A stretch of 63,040 nt of DNA, filler included, from Reticulomyxa filosa (lineage: Eukaryota > Protista > Foraminifera), in assembly GCA_000512085.1 (NCBI GenBank). It is 18 parts of 18 records of this genome, joined end to end, with 100 filler letters (N's around TTAATTAATTAA, not from the genome) between each part and the next. Parts side by side here need not be neighbours in the genome. Positions count along the whole stretch, not along the records: positions 22,911 to 33,535 come from ASPP01015784.1; positions 33,636 to 45,563 come from ASPP01008412.1; 16 more parts are not named here. One strand, given 5' to 3'. The notes under the pieces were generated by a model, which was not told the origin of the DNA, searched no databases, and saw only the letters and a list, made by a program, of their open reading frames with translations. This document shows positions 22,944 to 34,970 of the stretch, piece after piece (the first letter of the stretch is position 1; every line of letters begins with the position of its first letter). Position numbers and translations under genes: made by a program.

Positions 22944-25895
22944 AAAAAAAGATCGCCGATTGTTGTATGAGAGCAAAACCATATCCGACAACAAAGAAAT
23001 GGTATTGGCAATGGAAGAAGAGTACCCGGAGGATTTCTTGTGTCCGATGTGCGGATTGGAAGATGTGAAAGTCAATTTCGAGCTGCTGTGCGACTGTTGG
23101 CGCTTTACGCATTTGAAATGCCCCTGCTATCCCAATCTGACACAAACCATCCCGCCACAACTACTTCTTGCGAAGAACCGTGGTGATGTGTGTGCACATT
23201 TATCAGATGCTACTGCTGCAACGATAAAGGCGACGGCAAAGACAGAGACAGAGACAAATAACAAAAGTGCCAATGACAATGATATGGCCTGGTTTTGTCC
23301 ATTGTGTCGAGAGCACAACAACAATGACATGGACATTTTGACGAAACGGAGACAGATATCAATGAAATACCACGCGTTGTTTGCGGGAGACAAGGAAGAG
23401 GAAGAGGAAGAGGAAGAGGAAGAGGGAGAGGAAGAGGACAAGGTGATTAAAAAAGAACACAACAATGCAGACAATAAAACAGAGGGAGACGATGGCGATG
23501 ACGGTGACGATGACGATGGCGATTTAAATGTACAAAAGTCGTGCTTTGAAGTGGAGAAAATTTTGGATTATTCCAAAGAAAACGATCAGTATTTAATCAA
23601 ATGGAAGTACTATCCGTCGATTGCAAACGAATGGCTCCCTGCAGAGTCGAGCTTCTCCTCGCAAATCGAAGCTTATTGGGGAGAGATTAAAGCTACCAAT
23701 CCTCACTCGCGCATCCCTTTGCCTGCCAAAATCAAAATGCTTCAATTCCAAGAGCGTGCGTTGCAAAAAAAGTCTTTGATTATCAACACGGAGAAACTCA
23801 AACTGGCCAATGGTATTTTTTTATCCTTCAACATGCAAAACGAGAGGACACAATCGCAATTCATTTATGTATATACATATATATATATATTTATTTATAT
23901 ATTTATTTTAAAGGAGCAAAACGTGGAAAAGCAAAAGCGCCAATTCCAAATGGAAAAAGGTATGCTGAAAGAGATTATTGGGCGACAAATGGCAATGATG
24001 TCAATCCTTCACCCCACTTTCAAAGCAGACACCCCAGAGTACATACAAAATTTGCTGGGTTTATCCCTGTCGTGTTGACTGACATTATCAAGCCTCAGTA
24101 TATTACCCAACGGCAGCTCTACACGAGCCATTCGGAGGTAAAAGATGTTCATCACCAAACTTGCTAAGATTTTCACTTTTTCCACTTTTGTTGTTGTTGT
24201 TGTTGTGTTGTTGTGTTAATTCTCTCTCTCTCTCTCCTCCTTCCCTCCTTCATCACAGGCGCTGAAGAAATCGAAAGAAAAACGATGCCTGCAAATACTG
24301 GAACGGAAGAAAAAATTAACAAATTGCAACAGATCCCAAAGTACCATTTGGAAAACTTGAACAAAGATTGGAAAATGACAAAGCATAGCATCAGCAAACA
24401 AGTGGAAAAGCTGTTAGACCGGGATTGGGATGTTTGGGTTGCCGAGTGTGACACTGCTCATCAATCTTATGTTATTGGTATGAACAAACACTAATATATA
24501 CATATGTATACATATATATACATACATATATATAATTTTTTTTTTTTTTTGAATGTGTGGTGGACAGGAGAGATAACAGATAAAACAAATCCGGCAATGA
24601 AATGCGTCGATAGCTCGATTCATGACAATACGGTGTATGGACTATTTGCAATTGAAGACATCCCCAAACACACCGTGCTGTTTGAATACACCGGAGTCGT
24701 GCATAAGGCAGACGAGGCGGAACGGCCTCTGTCGCATATTGAGCACGAATTGGATCAAACCACTTTATTCACTTTGTGCGGTCGTCACAAGCCACTCGAC
24801 GGAAAAAAATGGCAAGCCAAAAAATCAAATGGTCATTGACCCGCATCTCTACCACAACGAGTTTGTTTCACACTACTACACATCAATGATCTCATAAAAA
24901 GAAGGAGGGACATAACCACAATGTAACACTATACAAAAAAAAAAAAAAAAAAGAGGAGTATATATGAATGACTATCGCGAAGACTTCTTGCACGATGAAG
25001 ATGATGAGTATGACTCCAGTTCTGACGATGAACAATACCAGAAAAAATCGGCCGGAAATAGTGCCCGGAAAAAGCCCTTAAAGATTGACGGTGAATTGTT
25101 GCCAAGTGCCCATTTTGTCGGCAACGACGAACACAAAGTTGTTTTTTTTTTTAACATTGTGTACTTACAACAAAATATCTCGAGTTAGATTTAGACAATG
25201 TCAGGGAGGAGGAAGAGAGAAGGGGAAGAAAAAAAAAAAAGGAAGTGCTTATAAGGAAATTTACACCATAAACAAAACAAATTAGATCCAACTGTCAGAG
25301 ATAACGGACAAAATCAAAAGGGAAGATAGCGCAGACACTGCGAAGAGTACGAGTAACAAACGAAGAAAGGCGAACGTTCAAATGTATGAAATTTTGGTAA
25401 ATCACTGGCCTCGAGTGTTCGCAGTGTCAACTAGAGTTAATTGACAGCACAGGCTAACATGCACAATGTTTATTTAGTTTTATAAACTACAACGACAAAC
25501 TCCTGTCATTTGTTTGCTTCGTTTAGAAAATTAGCGCAGGGGAAGAACTGCTAACTGATTATGGTGCTCAATACTGGAGCAGCTTCCGTGAAATGTGGAA
25601 GCGACGGAAACAATTGAATGAGGTCAAAGACAGAATTCGAAAGGAATGCCAAGAGTCTCAAACAAAATTAATCGAAGATAGAGACAAATATAAACATCTT
25701 TTTTCAGAATTAGCCCAATTAATAAAATCCAAATCACCTCATATTGTCTCTTCTTTCGTTAAGTATAAACTATATTTTCACTTTTTTTCTTATCAGTGCC
25801 CAAAGAAAATAACAAAGATTTCGCTTCCCCTCTCTCTTCATTGTCTTGTGTATTTTGACAGCCAAAGGACATTTCGAATGCTATCGATGAATTAG
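22931..25895 (+). CDS. PHD-like zinc finger + chromodomain + SET-domain protein, multi-exon, 5' end uncertain
   Basis: PHD-like CPMC..LLCDC...HLKC...WFCPLC; chromodomain FEVEKILD...YLIKWKYYPSIANEWLP; SET motifs YGLFAIEDIPKHTVLFEYTG, MVIDP..HNEGVYMNDYR, NVQMYEILVNHWPRVFAVSTR and ISAGEELLTDYGAQYW. There are two apparent 1-nt frameshifts at A-runs. Confidence 0.85.
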
Positions 25896-26516
25896 GTATA
25901 CATCCAAATGAACAATAAATCTCGTTTGTTCCACAATATCAACGGCTTCATTCATTGTTTTTTTCCTTTGAATTTTCAATATTTTTGTAACTATTGTTTT
26001 GATTAACTTAATCCAAACAAAAAGTTTGATGGAAAGACGGCTTTGTGGGGGTCAGTATTGACCTGGCACTTCCCTTGTGTTCCTATTGATCTGAGTTCTT
26101 TTTGTTGGTCTGTGTGGATATTGGAAGGTGGAGTTACTTTTCTGTTGGCGTGATATGAAAGGTATCACATTGCTTCTTAAACTTGTCGATCTTTCCATTT
26201 TTATTTACTAATTTTTTTGTAAAAAATCCACATTAGTCATTCTAACTTTTTTGTATAAAATTATATTTTTTTGTCGATAATTTTGATTCACCTTTTGTGC
26301 TACCTCACAACCGACTGAAAAAAAATCTTTTTAAACTTAAAATTATAGCATATGCTTCAAAAAATGTTAATTTTTCACACATTTTTGTGCTAGGGCTAAT
26401 TGATGAAAGCCGCAAAAAAGAGGTTGGTGAATTGACATGAAGTCAATTAAAAAAGAAATGCTGTACACAAAAATTGCGATTTTGGATTTGTTGTATTAGT
26501 TGTAATTGTGTAATAT

Positions 26517-27018
26517 TTATTTGCTATCTTTCTGTTCTGAAGGGTTCGGCACTCGTTTCTGACCTTCTTCATCCTTTAGCAGATTATATTGCTGTATCAG
26601 ATATTTGTGAAAAAACTCAAATTCTTCTCGGCTCATGGCTGGGCTTTCACTTTGGCTCAAAAAAGGTTTCCAATTTTTAATTATTTTTTTAATATCTTCT
26701 TCACATGGAGGAACTGGCATTTCAGAATCCCTTGCATCGCAAAATAAACGTATTGCTATATATATTAAACTTTCTAACTCTTCGCGTTCAATGCGTCCCT
26801 TTGTTTTGTTTTAATTCGTAGAATAACCATCTTTTCAAAGACAAAACACAGATGAGAAAAAAACAAAAGTAAATGAAATTAATGATTAAGATTGGGCAAT
26901 GGTTTTATCTCACATTTTTGTCTGTATCAAATGTTTTCCAAGCAGTGCTTAAACTCGCGTTTAAATATTCAATCAATTTAGCTTTTTCTTTGCTTTCTGC
27001 TTTATTTGTGTTTCCCAT
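26517..27018 (-). CDS. Small EF-hand protein with possible N-myristoylation
   Basis: Exon 1 reads MGNTNKAESKEK...AWKTFDTDKN. Removing intron 26913-26799 joins it to GRIEREELESLI, giving the canonical loop DTDKNGRIEREE. Confidence 0.8.
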
Positions 27019-27257
27019 CAGTCACTCCAATTCGAGTATAGTTAAATAATCTTTGTTTTGTCCGAATATTTTCGGTAGAATAATAAAAGTTTGAGAATAT
27101 AACCCCCAAACTACTTGTCGAAACTTTGAATTTCAAAAATTTTTTGAAAACTCTGCCAAAAGATAAATTAGATAAGTTATGTCTTAGTAATGCAATTGTA
27201 GTTAATATTTTTAATTGTGAATAATAAAAAAGTTCTTGCCTTTTCTCAAAGGAACAA

Positions 27258-27983
27258 TCAGGCAACACTCACCCAAGCAGTTTCCAACTCACTTATACGT
27301 TGTTTGATGTTAGCAATTGAAACAATCAATTCCAAACACTTTTGAAAACATTTTTGCCCATCTCTCAGCCCTTTTGGTGCCAAGATACCAAACCACGAGA
27401 TTGGATCCTGTGGTTCATTGTCTTTGGTTTCTGTCGTGTTGGTTTCTTCTTCCATTTTATTTTCGTCTTTTTTCACATTTCTTCGTCTTAAAGACATTTC
27501 ACCTTGTGAAGAATTTTCATTTGATTTCTGTCCTGTGCTTGCATTTCGAAGACATTGCAATGTTAAATTCTTGTGATCATCTTTGTCATTTCTGAAGTTT
27601 GTTAGTTTTTGAAGTTTCTTGTTGTTGGCTATTGTGTTAAAAAAAGCACAAGACACAACTGCGCCAAAACGTAAATTGGTTTTATATCCGGTTTGTTCCA
27701 CATTTGATAACCGGGCTTTGAAGTGAAAGGTCGTCGAGACAGATTGCCTTTTGCAATGTTGATTTTTCCATTACTTATTTGCTCTTCCAATTGCGCATTC
27801 AACTGAAAGTACTCATTTACACATTTTAGATATTCCAAAAAAATTTCTTCTTTTTTGTCTTTGATGGCTTTCTCACTTACTTCTTCCTCTCAACAAACAA
27901 GCCAATATACAAAATAATATCTCATTATGTTGATGTTTATGAAATTAGGAGATGTAAACTTTAGTTGCATTTGTATCAGTCAT
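27258..27983 (-). CDS. CCDC115: V-ATPase assembly factor Vma22/CCDC115
   Basis: N-terminal EYLKCVNEYFQLNAQLEEQISNGKINIAK, central LRRR, and C-terminal DPISWFGILAPKGLRDGQKCFQKCLELIVSIANIKQRI. Confidence 0.85.
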
Positions 27984-28363
27984 TTTTCATATGCAGAATT
28001 TATGAAATATAAAGTTCAGCAGAAAAAAGTGCTGACAAAAAAACGCACATTTATTAAAACCGACAACAATGGACTCTATGACTATTTATTGTTACTGTGA
28101 CTGTTTTATATTTAAGTATCTCTGCACGCAGTAGTGGATACAAAAGCTTTATTCTTCATACTGTTTAAAAATATTTAAATCACGAGACTACTTTTAACTT
28201 TATCGTTTTTCATTTAGTATCTCTCGAATTAGAATACTATCTCTAGCAATAAAGCTGATAACTGTTTGGGATTGCGTTAAAAGAAAGAGATGTAATGAAA
28301 ATAGCAACAGTTTGTGGTGCCACCGACAGCAGACGAGAAAAAAAGAGCCCTTGGTCAAAAAAA

Positions 28364-31300
28364 ATGTCAACATCAGAGGAAGCAGTGAGAGAATGGTTTC
28401 AACAATTTTTACCCAAAACTGACAATAAAAGCACTAATTCAATCCTACAGCCACTTGTGGAAAGACAAGAAAATATTTTACAGCCTGTCAAAAACGCTGT
28501 TCCCGGATACTGTAATGGATCCAAAAATAACAATGATCTGCACACAAAAATTTCAGAACTGGAAAGAGAAAATTCTTCATTGAGAGGTCATCTGCAGTCC
28601 TTGCATGTACGTAAGATAAGATTTATTTATTATTTTCATGCCAGAGCTTTTTTTTTTTGAAAAGAAACTTAAAAACAAAACACTAAAAAAAAAAATGCGC
28701 GGACATAGACACAAAATAATGAGAAAAAATGGATGGAAATGGCTACAAAAAATAACCAATTGGAGCAAAAATTGCGAAATTATATCAAGTAGTGCGTGAA
28801 AAAGATATAATAATTGAGCGATTGGAAAGCGCCTCAAAGAAGTACAAGAGCAAAATGTGAGGAATTTCAAGTAATAATAAATAAAACGAAGAACTGTTAC
28901 AACAAAATATGCAATTAATGAATGACACCAATGATTTGAAACAGAGGTTACAAAACAAGAGTAATAATCTTTTTTCAAGTGCAAGTACAATAGAAATATT
29001 AAAGTTTAGTTGTTTTTTTCCCCAACACTGTTGCCCATCACGACAAAAGAGAAAAGATCCATTTGAATACAAATAAAAAAAAATCGTACTTTAATAATGG
29101 GTCCCTGATTTTTTTTTGTATTATTTTTAAAATTATTTTTTGATTACGAAGCAAATGTTTTTTTTTTAAAAAAAAGGCCTAAAAAATTGGAGAACGAAAA
29201 TCCAAGTGAAAATGGCATAAGTCCAGGAACAAGATCACATAGCCTGTTCGGACCTGACTTGAAGGCGCCGAAAACATTGGAAAAGCCGATAGACAAGCAA
29301 ATAACAGATCCACAAAAGGAAACGATAGTGTGGAGCACAAAGCATTTTGAATTGTCAACACACAAAGAAACAGAAACGAACACATCGTTTGGGAACACCC
29401 CGTTGTTTGTGTTCCCGAAAAAATCGACTGCGAGCAGTGATAATAAACGTTTGAGTTCGAGCGGGCGAGCCAAGTCGTCTCCACCCCAACTTGCATCAAA
29501 CAATAACAACCACCGTTTTTCCGCATCTGCGCAAACTCTGCCAAGTAGTATGAGAGAGCAAAATAATGACCACTTTGGTGAGGAATTTTTTTGCTCAATC
29601 GGCAAGGTGTGTTTATTATTACTATTATTCATTTATTTATTTATTTTTTTTTGGAAGGGATATGTGATGGGTTTAAAAAGTAGTAGGGTACAACAGTGCA
29701 ATTTGTGTGTGTAATGGAGTGTGTAGAAGCGCAGTTTAGCTGACATAAATATAAATGCAATGGACTCGTTACATGTTCAAAAAAAGCAAAGACTTTCGGA
29801 GATATAATGACTCCGGTAACAGCAATTTCCAACAAATCCAAAAACAATGAAGCGTGTAACTTAACGGTGATTTCTCCTTTGGTTCCTGTAGACCTGCTTG
29901 CAGTAGCTCAAAACACAAGCTTAAATGAGAAGGCAGCGATGGAAGTGGACAATGTTCCCAAAATAACTCGCTTTGCGTCCAATGCACACTTTACTCCTGG
30001 CCAAGTGCAAAGGAATGAGGCGCCTACAGAAACAAAAAATCAAAATACAAACATGGCCGAGACAGCAGTTGTTCAGACTGATCTCTCGCCTCCGCAAGTC
30101 AATATCACCGAAAGCAACGATCCAAAAGAGGCCACCGAAGTTGTTAATCAAAATAACGATTCTATATTTGATCGTCCATTAAGTTGGTGTTTTTTTATAC
30201 AAGTAAAAAAAAACGTTGCTATTTTAATTTAATTTTTTGTTTTTTTTTTCCCCCTTCAAAAAATTTGCAAATGTGATCGTTTCCACCACCCCTTTTCTTT
30301 TTTTCAATGTATAATGTGTCTCAATAGTTCGACGTCTCGACTTGATTCGAGCTGATCTGTTAGCAGAAGCCAATGCATTTGATCAAATCCAAGCTTTGTG
30401 TCAACTTGTTACAACAAGCAAAAGCTGACGATTGGAATTTGAGAAAATTTCTAATGGAAATGATTGGTATTTTTTGTTTTATTTGCAATTTATACGTAGT
30501 TTCTTAGGTTGCAAAGTATGCTTTTATGTATACGTGGTTTGCGTTTGTTTTGCCTTGTGGGTATTTTGCTTTGTCGTCAATTATTGCTTTTTTTTAAACT
30601 TTGTTCGCGTCTTTTTTTTGAGGGACCAAAAAACAATAGAGGGCCTGGTTGAAGAGAGTAAAGACATTGACGAAAATCAATTGTGGGAAATGCGGACAAT
30701 AGTCAAAAACCAATTGACAGACTTGAGGTCGCAAATCGTGAAGTGTGCGTGCACGATGTTGGTAAGTGTTGTCCTCATTTATTTTTTTTTTAATTTGCTA
30801 GGGGGTCAAAATAAATACACATAAAGACAGCTTCCTCTCTTTGGAATAAAAAAAATAGTCATCGATTGCAAAAAATATTGGCGTCAAGTATACACAAATG
30901 TTTTCCTTTTTGATTCCAGTTCATCTAAAAGGTCTTTATGTGAAAGTTGCAATTATTAGTGACTCACATAAACAAGCCTTGAAAGAGTGCGTTGGTCATT
31001 GTGTCAATGCCTCTTTAATTAACATAGTTTAGGGGACCAGAACAAATGATTTTTTATTTTTGTAGTTGGCATAACAAATCAAACTAATTTTTTTAAAAAA
31101 AAACAACAGTTGCTGCAAGAATGTCAAGACAAACATAAGGAGGTTCGTGTTGAAGTCATAAAAATGATTACAAAAATTATAGCACACGAGTCGAATTGTA
31201 ACCGTTCAACTGACAAAAATTGCGTTGTAGATTGTTCCAAACTCCGAAAATATCAGCAAAAAATTCAAGAGCTGATTTTGGATAGTTACGAAGACGGCAA

Positions 31301-31501
31301 TTTGCAAGTCAGAAACGCAACTGAACAATTATATCAAACCTTTCAGCAATGCTTTCCACAAGAACTAGACAAGTTATTTTTTAAACTATCTTGTTAAACA
31401 TATTTACTTTTACATCTTTTTACTCATCATCCTGCTTTTTTCTCAGATTGACGGCAGTAGCGCAAAAGTATAGCAATGGAAAAAATAGAAACAAAGGTTA
31501 G
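28364..31501 (+). CDS. Coiled-coil/low-complexity protein with a C-terminal CLASP_N (TOG-like) domain, multi-exon (could be two genes)
   Basis: Coiled coil KISELERENSSLRGHL. Later exons read NDW, KNQLTDLRSQIVKCACTML, GLYVKVAIISDSHKQAL, DKHKEVRVEV and DSYEDGNLQVRNATEQLYQTFQQCFP. Confidence 0.65.
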
Positions 31502-32930
31502 ACCCAAGAGCTTGATATTGTTGATTAAAAATGGTAGCTTTTGTTTGATAGCACATTTGAAACGGGGATTTCGTGGGCAATACAAATTATTTAAGTAAAC
31601 AATGACATTGTTTCGTTCGGATTTAAATTCACTTTTTGTCAAAAACGTTTTTCAAAACATTTTCAAAATTCTTGGAAAGTACAAATTAGATTTGTTCGAT
31701 CATCAATCAGCATGTTTTATCGCAAAGTTTTCTACATAGTACTTTATTAACTATATTCACAAATGTTTTTCTTCAGTGTAATATATAATTAGACTATAAA
31801 GAGCGGACTCCTTGGTTTCTGTTTCAAAACGTAAGCGTCTATTTGGTACGAAGAAAACTTGTTCTTTTCTAAAAACTTCAGCCTTTACTTTCTCTGATAT
31901 TACTTCTATATTTTTTCGACTTTTTGGCATATCCCAAGTTAAGTTGTAAAGAAGAAAAAACAAAATAAGATAAAAGTTAGCTGATAGTAAGTAGCTTTTG
32001 GTCTTTAATGATTTTGTTATTTAGAAAGTTGTTATAGAATGTCAGTACACATTCATGACACGACTTGTTTTTACGGCGTACTTTATGCAACGTTTTCAAC
32101 ATAATTATGAAATCAATCGCATTGAGAAAATTTCCAAAACGCAATTTCAAAGAAAATACAATTATTTTGATAACTCTTTTGTTTTTCTAAAAGAAGTGAC
32201 CCGCTTAGAACCTTGAACATCTTTTTCCTGAAAACATTTTTCTCACTTCTTCAGCTCTGCTTCGTTTTTGATTGTTTTTTGTATATTTAGGTTAATTTCT
32301 TTTTATCAATTTACACAAGAATTAAGTATTTCTTCAACTCAAACTTGCGAGTACTCAGTAGTGTACAACTTCTGCGGATGTTACAGAATTTAAAAGTTTG
32401 TGTTGTTCTTAGTCAAAAAATTCAAATGTATTTGTGAATAGACATATGAAGAATATGAATTCAATGGGGATAGTTAAACAATAAAAAAAAGCTTCGTTTC
32501 CATACACTGTAATGTCGGTAAGTGTACATTTCTAGCGTTTTTTTTTCTTTACGTAAAAAATGGTTCAAGTTTTACAGCTGTTCATCAGCATTTCTTAAAA
32601 CTAACAATTTTTAACAGGATTACATTTTCAATTTTGTTGCGAGGAGCAAAAACAGGAAAAAAAAAAGATGATTTTTGAACAATCAAAGACTTCAAAACGT
32701 AACTCAAAAGTTTTCCATGCCCGTCATCAAATGCACATTCAACGACAAAGTATCAATATTCACAGACCAAGTACACCAAAAAAGCAAAAATAAAAAATGA
32801 ACAAAGTAACAAAAATAGGAAAAGAAATAAAAAAAACAAACAAAACAAAAAAGCGAAAAATACACAAGATCAATAAAGAATGTACATTCCAAATATGGAT
32901 AAAATACCAAAAAATTTTATTTAAAGTGGA

Positions 32931-33450
32931 TCAAGATTGTTCAGTTGTTGGTGTTGTTTCATTCTTTTGACTATATCTCAGCTCATTCCTGATCAATGCT
33001 ATAAAGAAAACAAACATAATCAAAGGCAGATTTACTAAAGAGTGAAACGGCAAAACTTTGTACTGTATCCAGGTCCATTGGCGTGTCTTCAAATTCAAAT
33101 ACGCAACCAGGGTGACTTACCTGTAGAAAAAAATATGAGGAATATTAAATCGACCATTTTTTTTTTTATTTTTAAAATTGTTGCCTCAAACCTAACCTCT
33201 CTTGCTGGATCTCGCATATCACTCAAAAATTCATGAGCCAAGGCTTCGTCAGCTGTCATTCTTACGCTAGGATCGAATGTCAGTAGCCGTCTTAAAAAAT
33301 CAATGGCATCGTCGCTGCATGCAGGAAAGCGCTCGTGCCAATTTATTCCAGGTCTAGGTTCCAATTTCGCCAATTCTTTTCGTATTTCAGGTTCCAGATG
33401 CTGAGTTTCTTGCTCGGATGGAGTTCCAACAATATCGAATATCACTTTTA
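32931..33450 (-). CDS. MAP kinase C-terminal part, 5' partial
   Basis: IFDIVGTPSEQE...RFPACSDDAIDFLRRLLTFDPSVRMTADEALAHEFLSDMRDPARE, followed by FEFED and LIRNEL exons. Confidence 0.88.
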
Positions 33451-33949
33451 CAAAAAAAAAAAAAAAAGATAGTATACGTATGGAAAAAAGTACTACAAAC
33501 ATATTACATATAGATATACGTAGTTTTTTTTTTTTNNNNNNNNNNNNNNNNNNNNNNNNNNNNNNNNNNNNNNNNNNNNTTAATTAATTAANNNNNNNNN
33601 NNNNNNNNNNNNNNNNNNNNNNNNNNNNNNNNNNNAGCCTCGATGAGGGGAAGTATTTTGGCATTTCTGCACTCCCTTTTGCGCAGGCATTTACCCCTGT
33701 TGACTTTTAGTTAGTCAATGATGATTCATGTGGATTTAATTTTTTTTTTTTTTTTGTTGATTGTGTGAGTTTTTGATATATTTTGTTGATCTTTTCCTTT
33801 TTTTGTTTGTTTTCATTAGAATACTGTGTTCCTTTTGGGACAAGTTGCTCATTTTAACTTGGATAAGATCTTATTCTTGTTAAAAAAAAAGATAATGTTC
33901 TGCAGCTTTTATAGTAACATCCAAAAGACCAGTATCCATTACAATCACT

Positions 33950-34970
33950 GCCACAATATCTCCAATGACCCACACATGTTGAATATAGCAGTCGAACAAT
34001 AGACAGAATGCATTGTAGATATTGGAAAAGCTAGGATCAGAACCAAAGTGATTTACAAAGGAAACAAACTTTGATAGAGATAATTACAAAAGATACAATC
34101 AAGAAGCAGCTGCCTTGAGAAGGAAATTGAGACTAGAAAAGCAGTAGTGATTAAAAATATGGAATTCAAACCATCGTCCCTGACCTAATCTATCCTGATA
34201 ACAATGAAATAGCTAAAACAGATTCGGATAAAGCCGAGTTATTTGTATCATGGTTCGCACTCTAAGTCACATCGAAGAAACAAATGAATTTATCAGCTCG
34301 TTGAAGATGAAATATCATATTGTGGAAATGTCACGAGAATATGAAGTCAATGTGCATTCTCCTTACCCATTCGATCTGCGACAAGGACCAATTACGGAAG
34401 AATATGGCACTAAGACATCTCATTGAACAAAGCATAAGTAAGAGCTGAAGTATCACTGATTCTCGCGCTATTATTCGAGATTTATTATTTTCTCAAAACA
34501 TAGAATAGAGCCACCAATGTTGGAAAGGATTATGTAATTTTAAATGAATATCATCTCTTGCACCAGTATGCGGGGTTTCAATCGTGGCATAACACCTCCG
34601 AATTACTCTTGCGACTAACGAAATCAATTTATGCTTCATTTGACGAAAACTCAGTCACCTACGCAGTGTTGCTGGATATTTCTTCGGCATACGATAGTGT
34701 GTGGATAGACGAGACGGCCTGAGATATAAGATTTAACGAGAATTCAACATCAATGGAAGGTTATATTGGTTGCTCGGTAGTTTTCTGAAAGAAAGAGTAT
34801 GTCAAGTAGTCCCATTATCACCTCTTTATTCTCGCTATACATCAACAATATAACCCAAGTGATTCAAAGTCCAATACAGTGTGATGTTCGCCGATGATGT
34901 CGCATTGTGGACTTTCATCTTCACGAGAGATGAGAAGGAAATGTAGGGACAGCTGGAGTCATTACAGGCA
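33950..34970 (+). mobile_element. Degenerate non-LTR (LINE) retrotransposon reverse transcriptase
   Basis: ELLLRLTKSIYASFDENSVTYAVLLDISSAYDSVW, GRLYWLLGSFLKER, PLSPL..YINNI and MFADDVALW, with many frameshifts. Confidence 0.85.
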
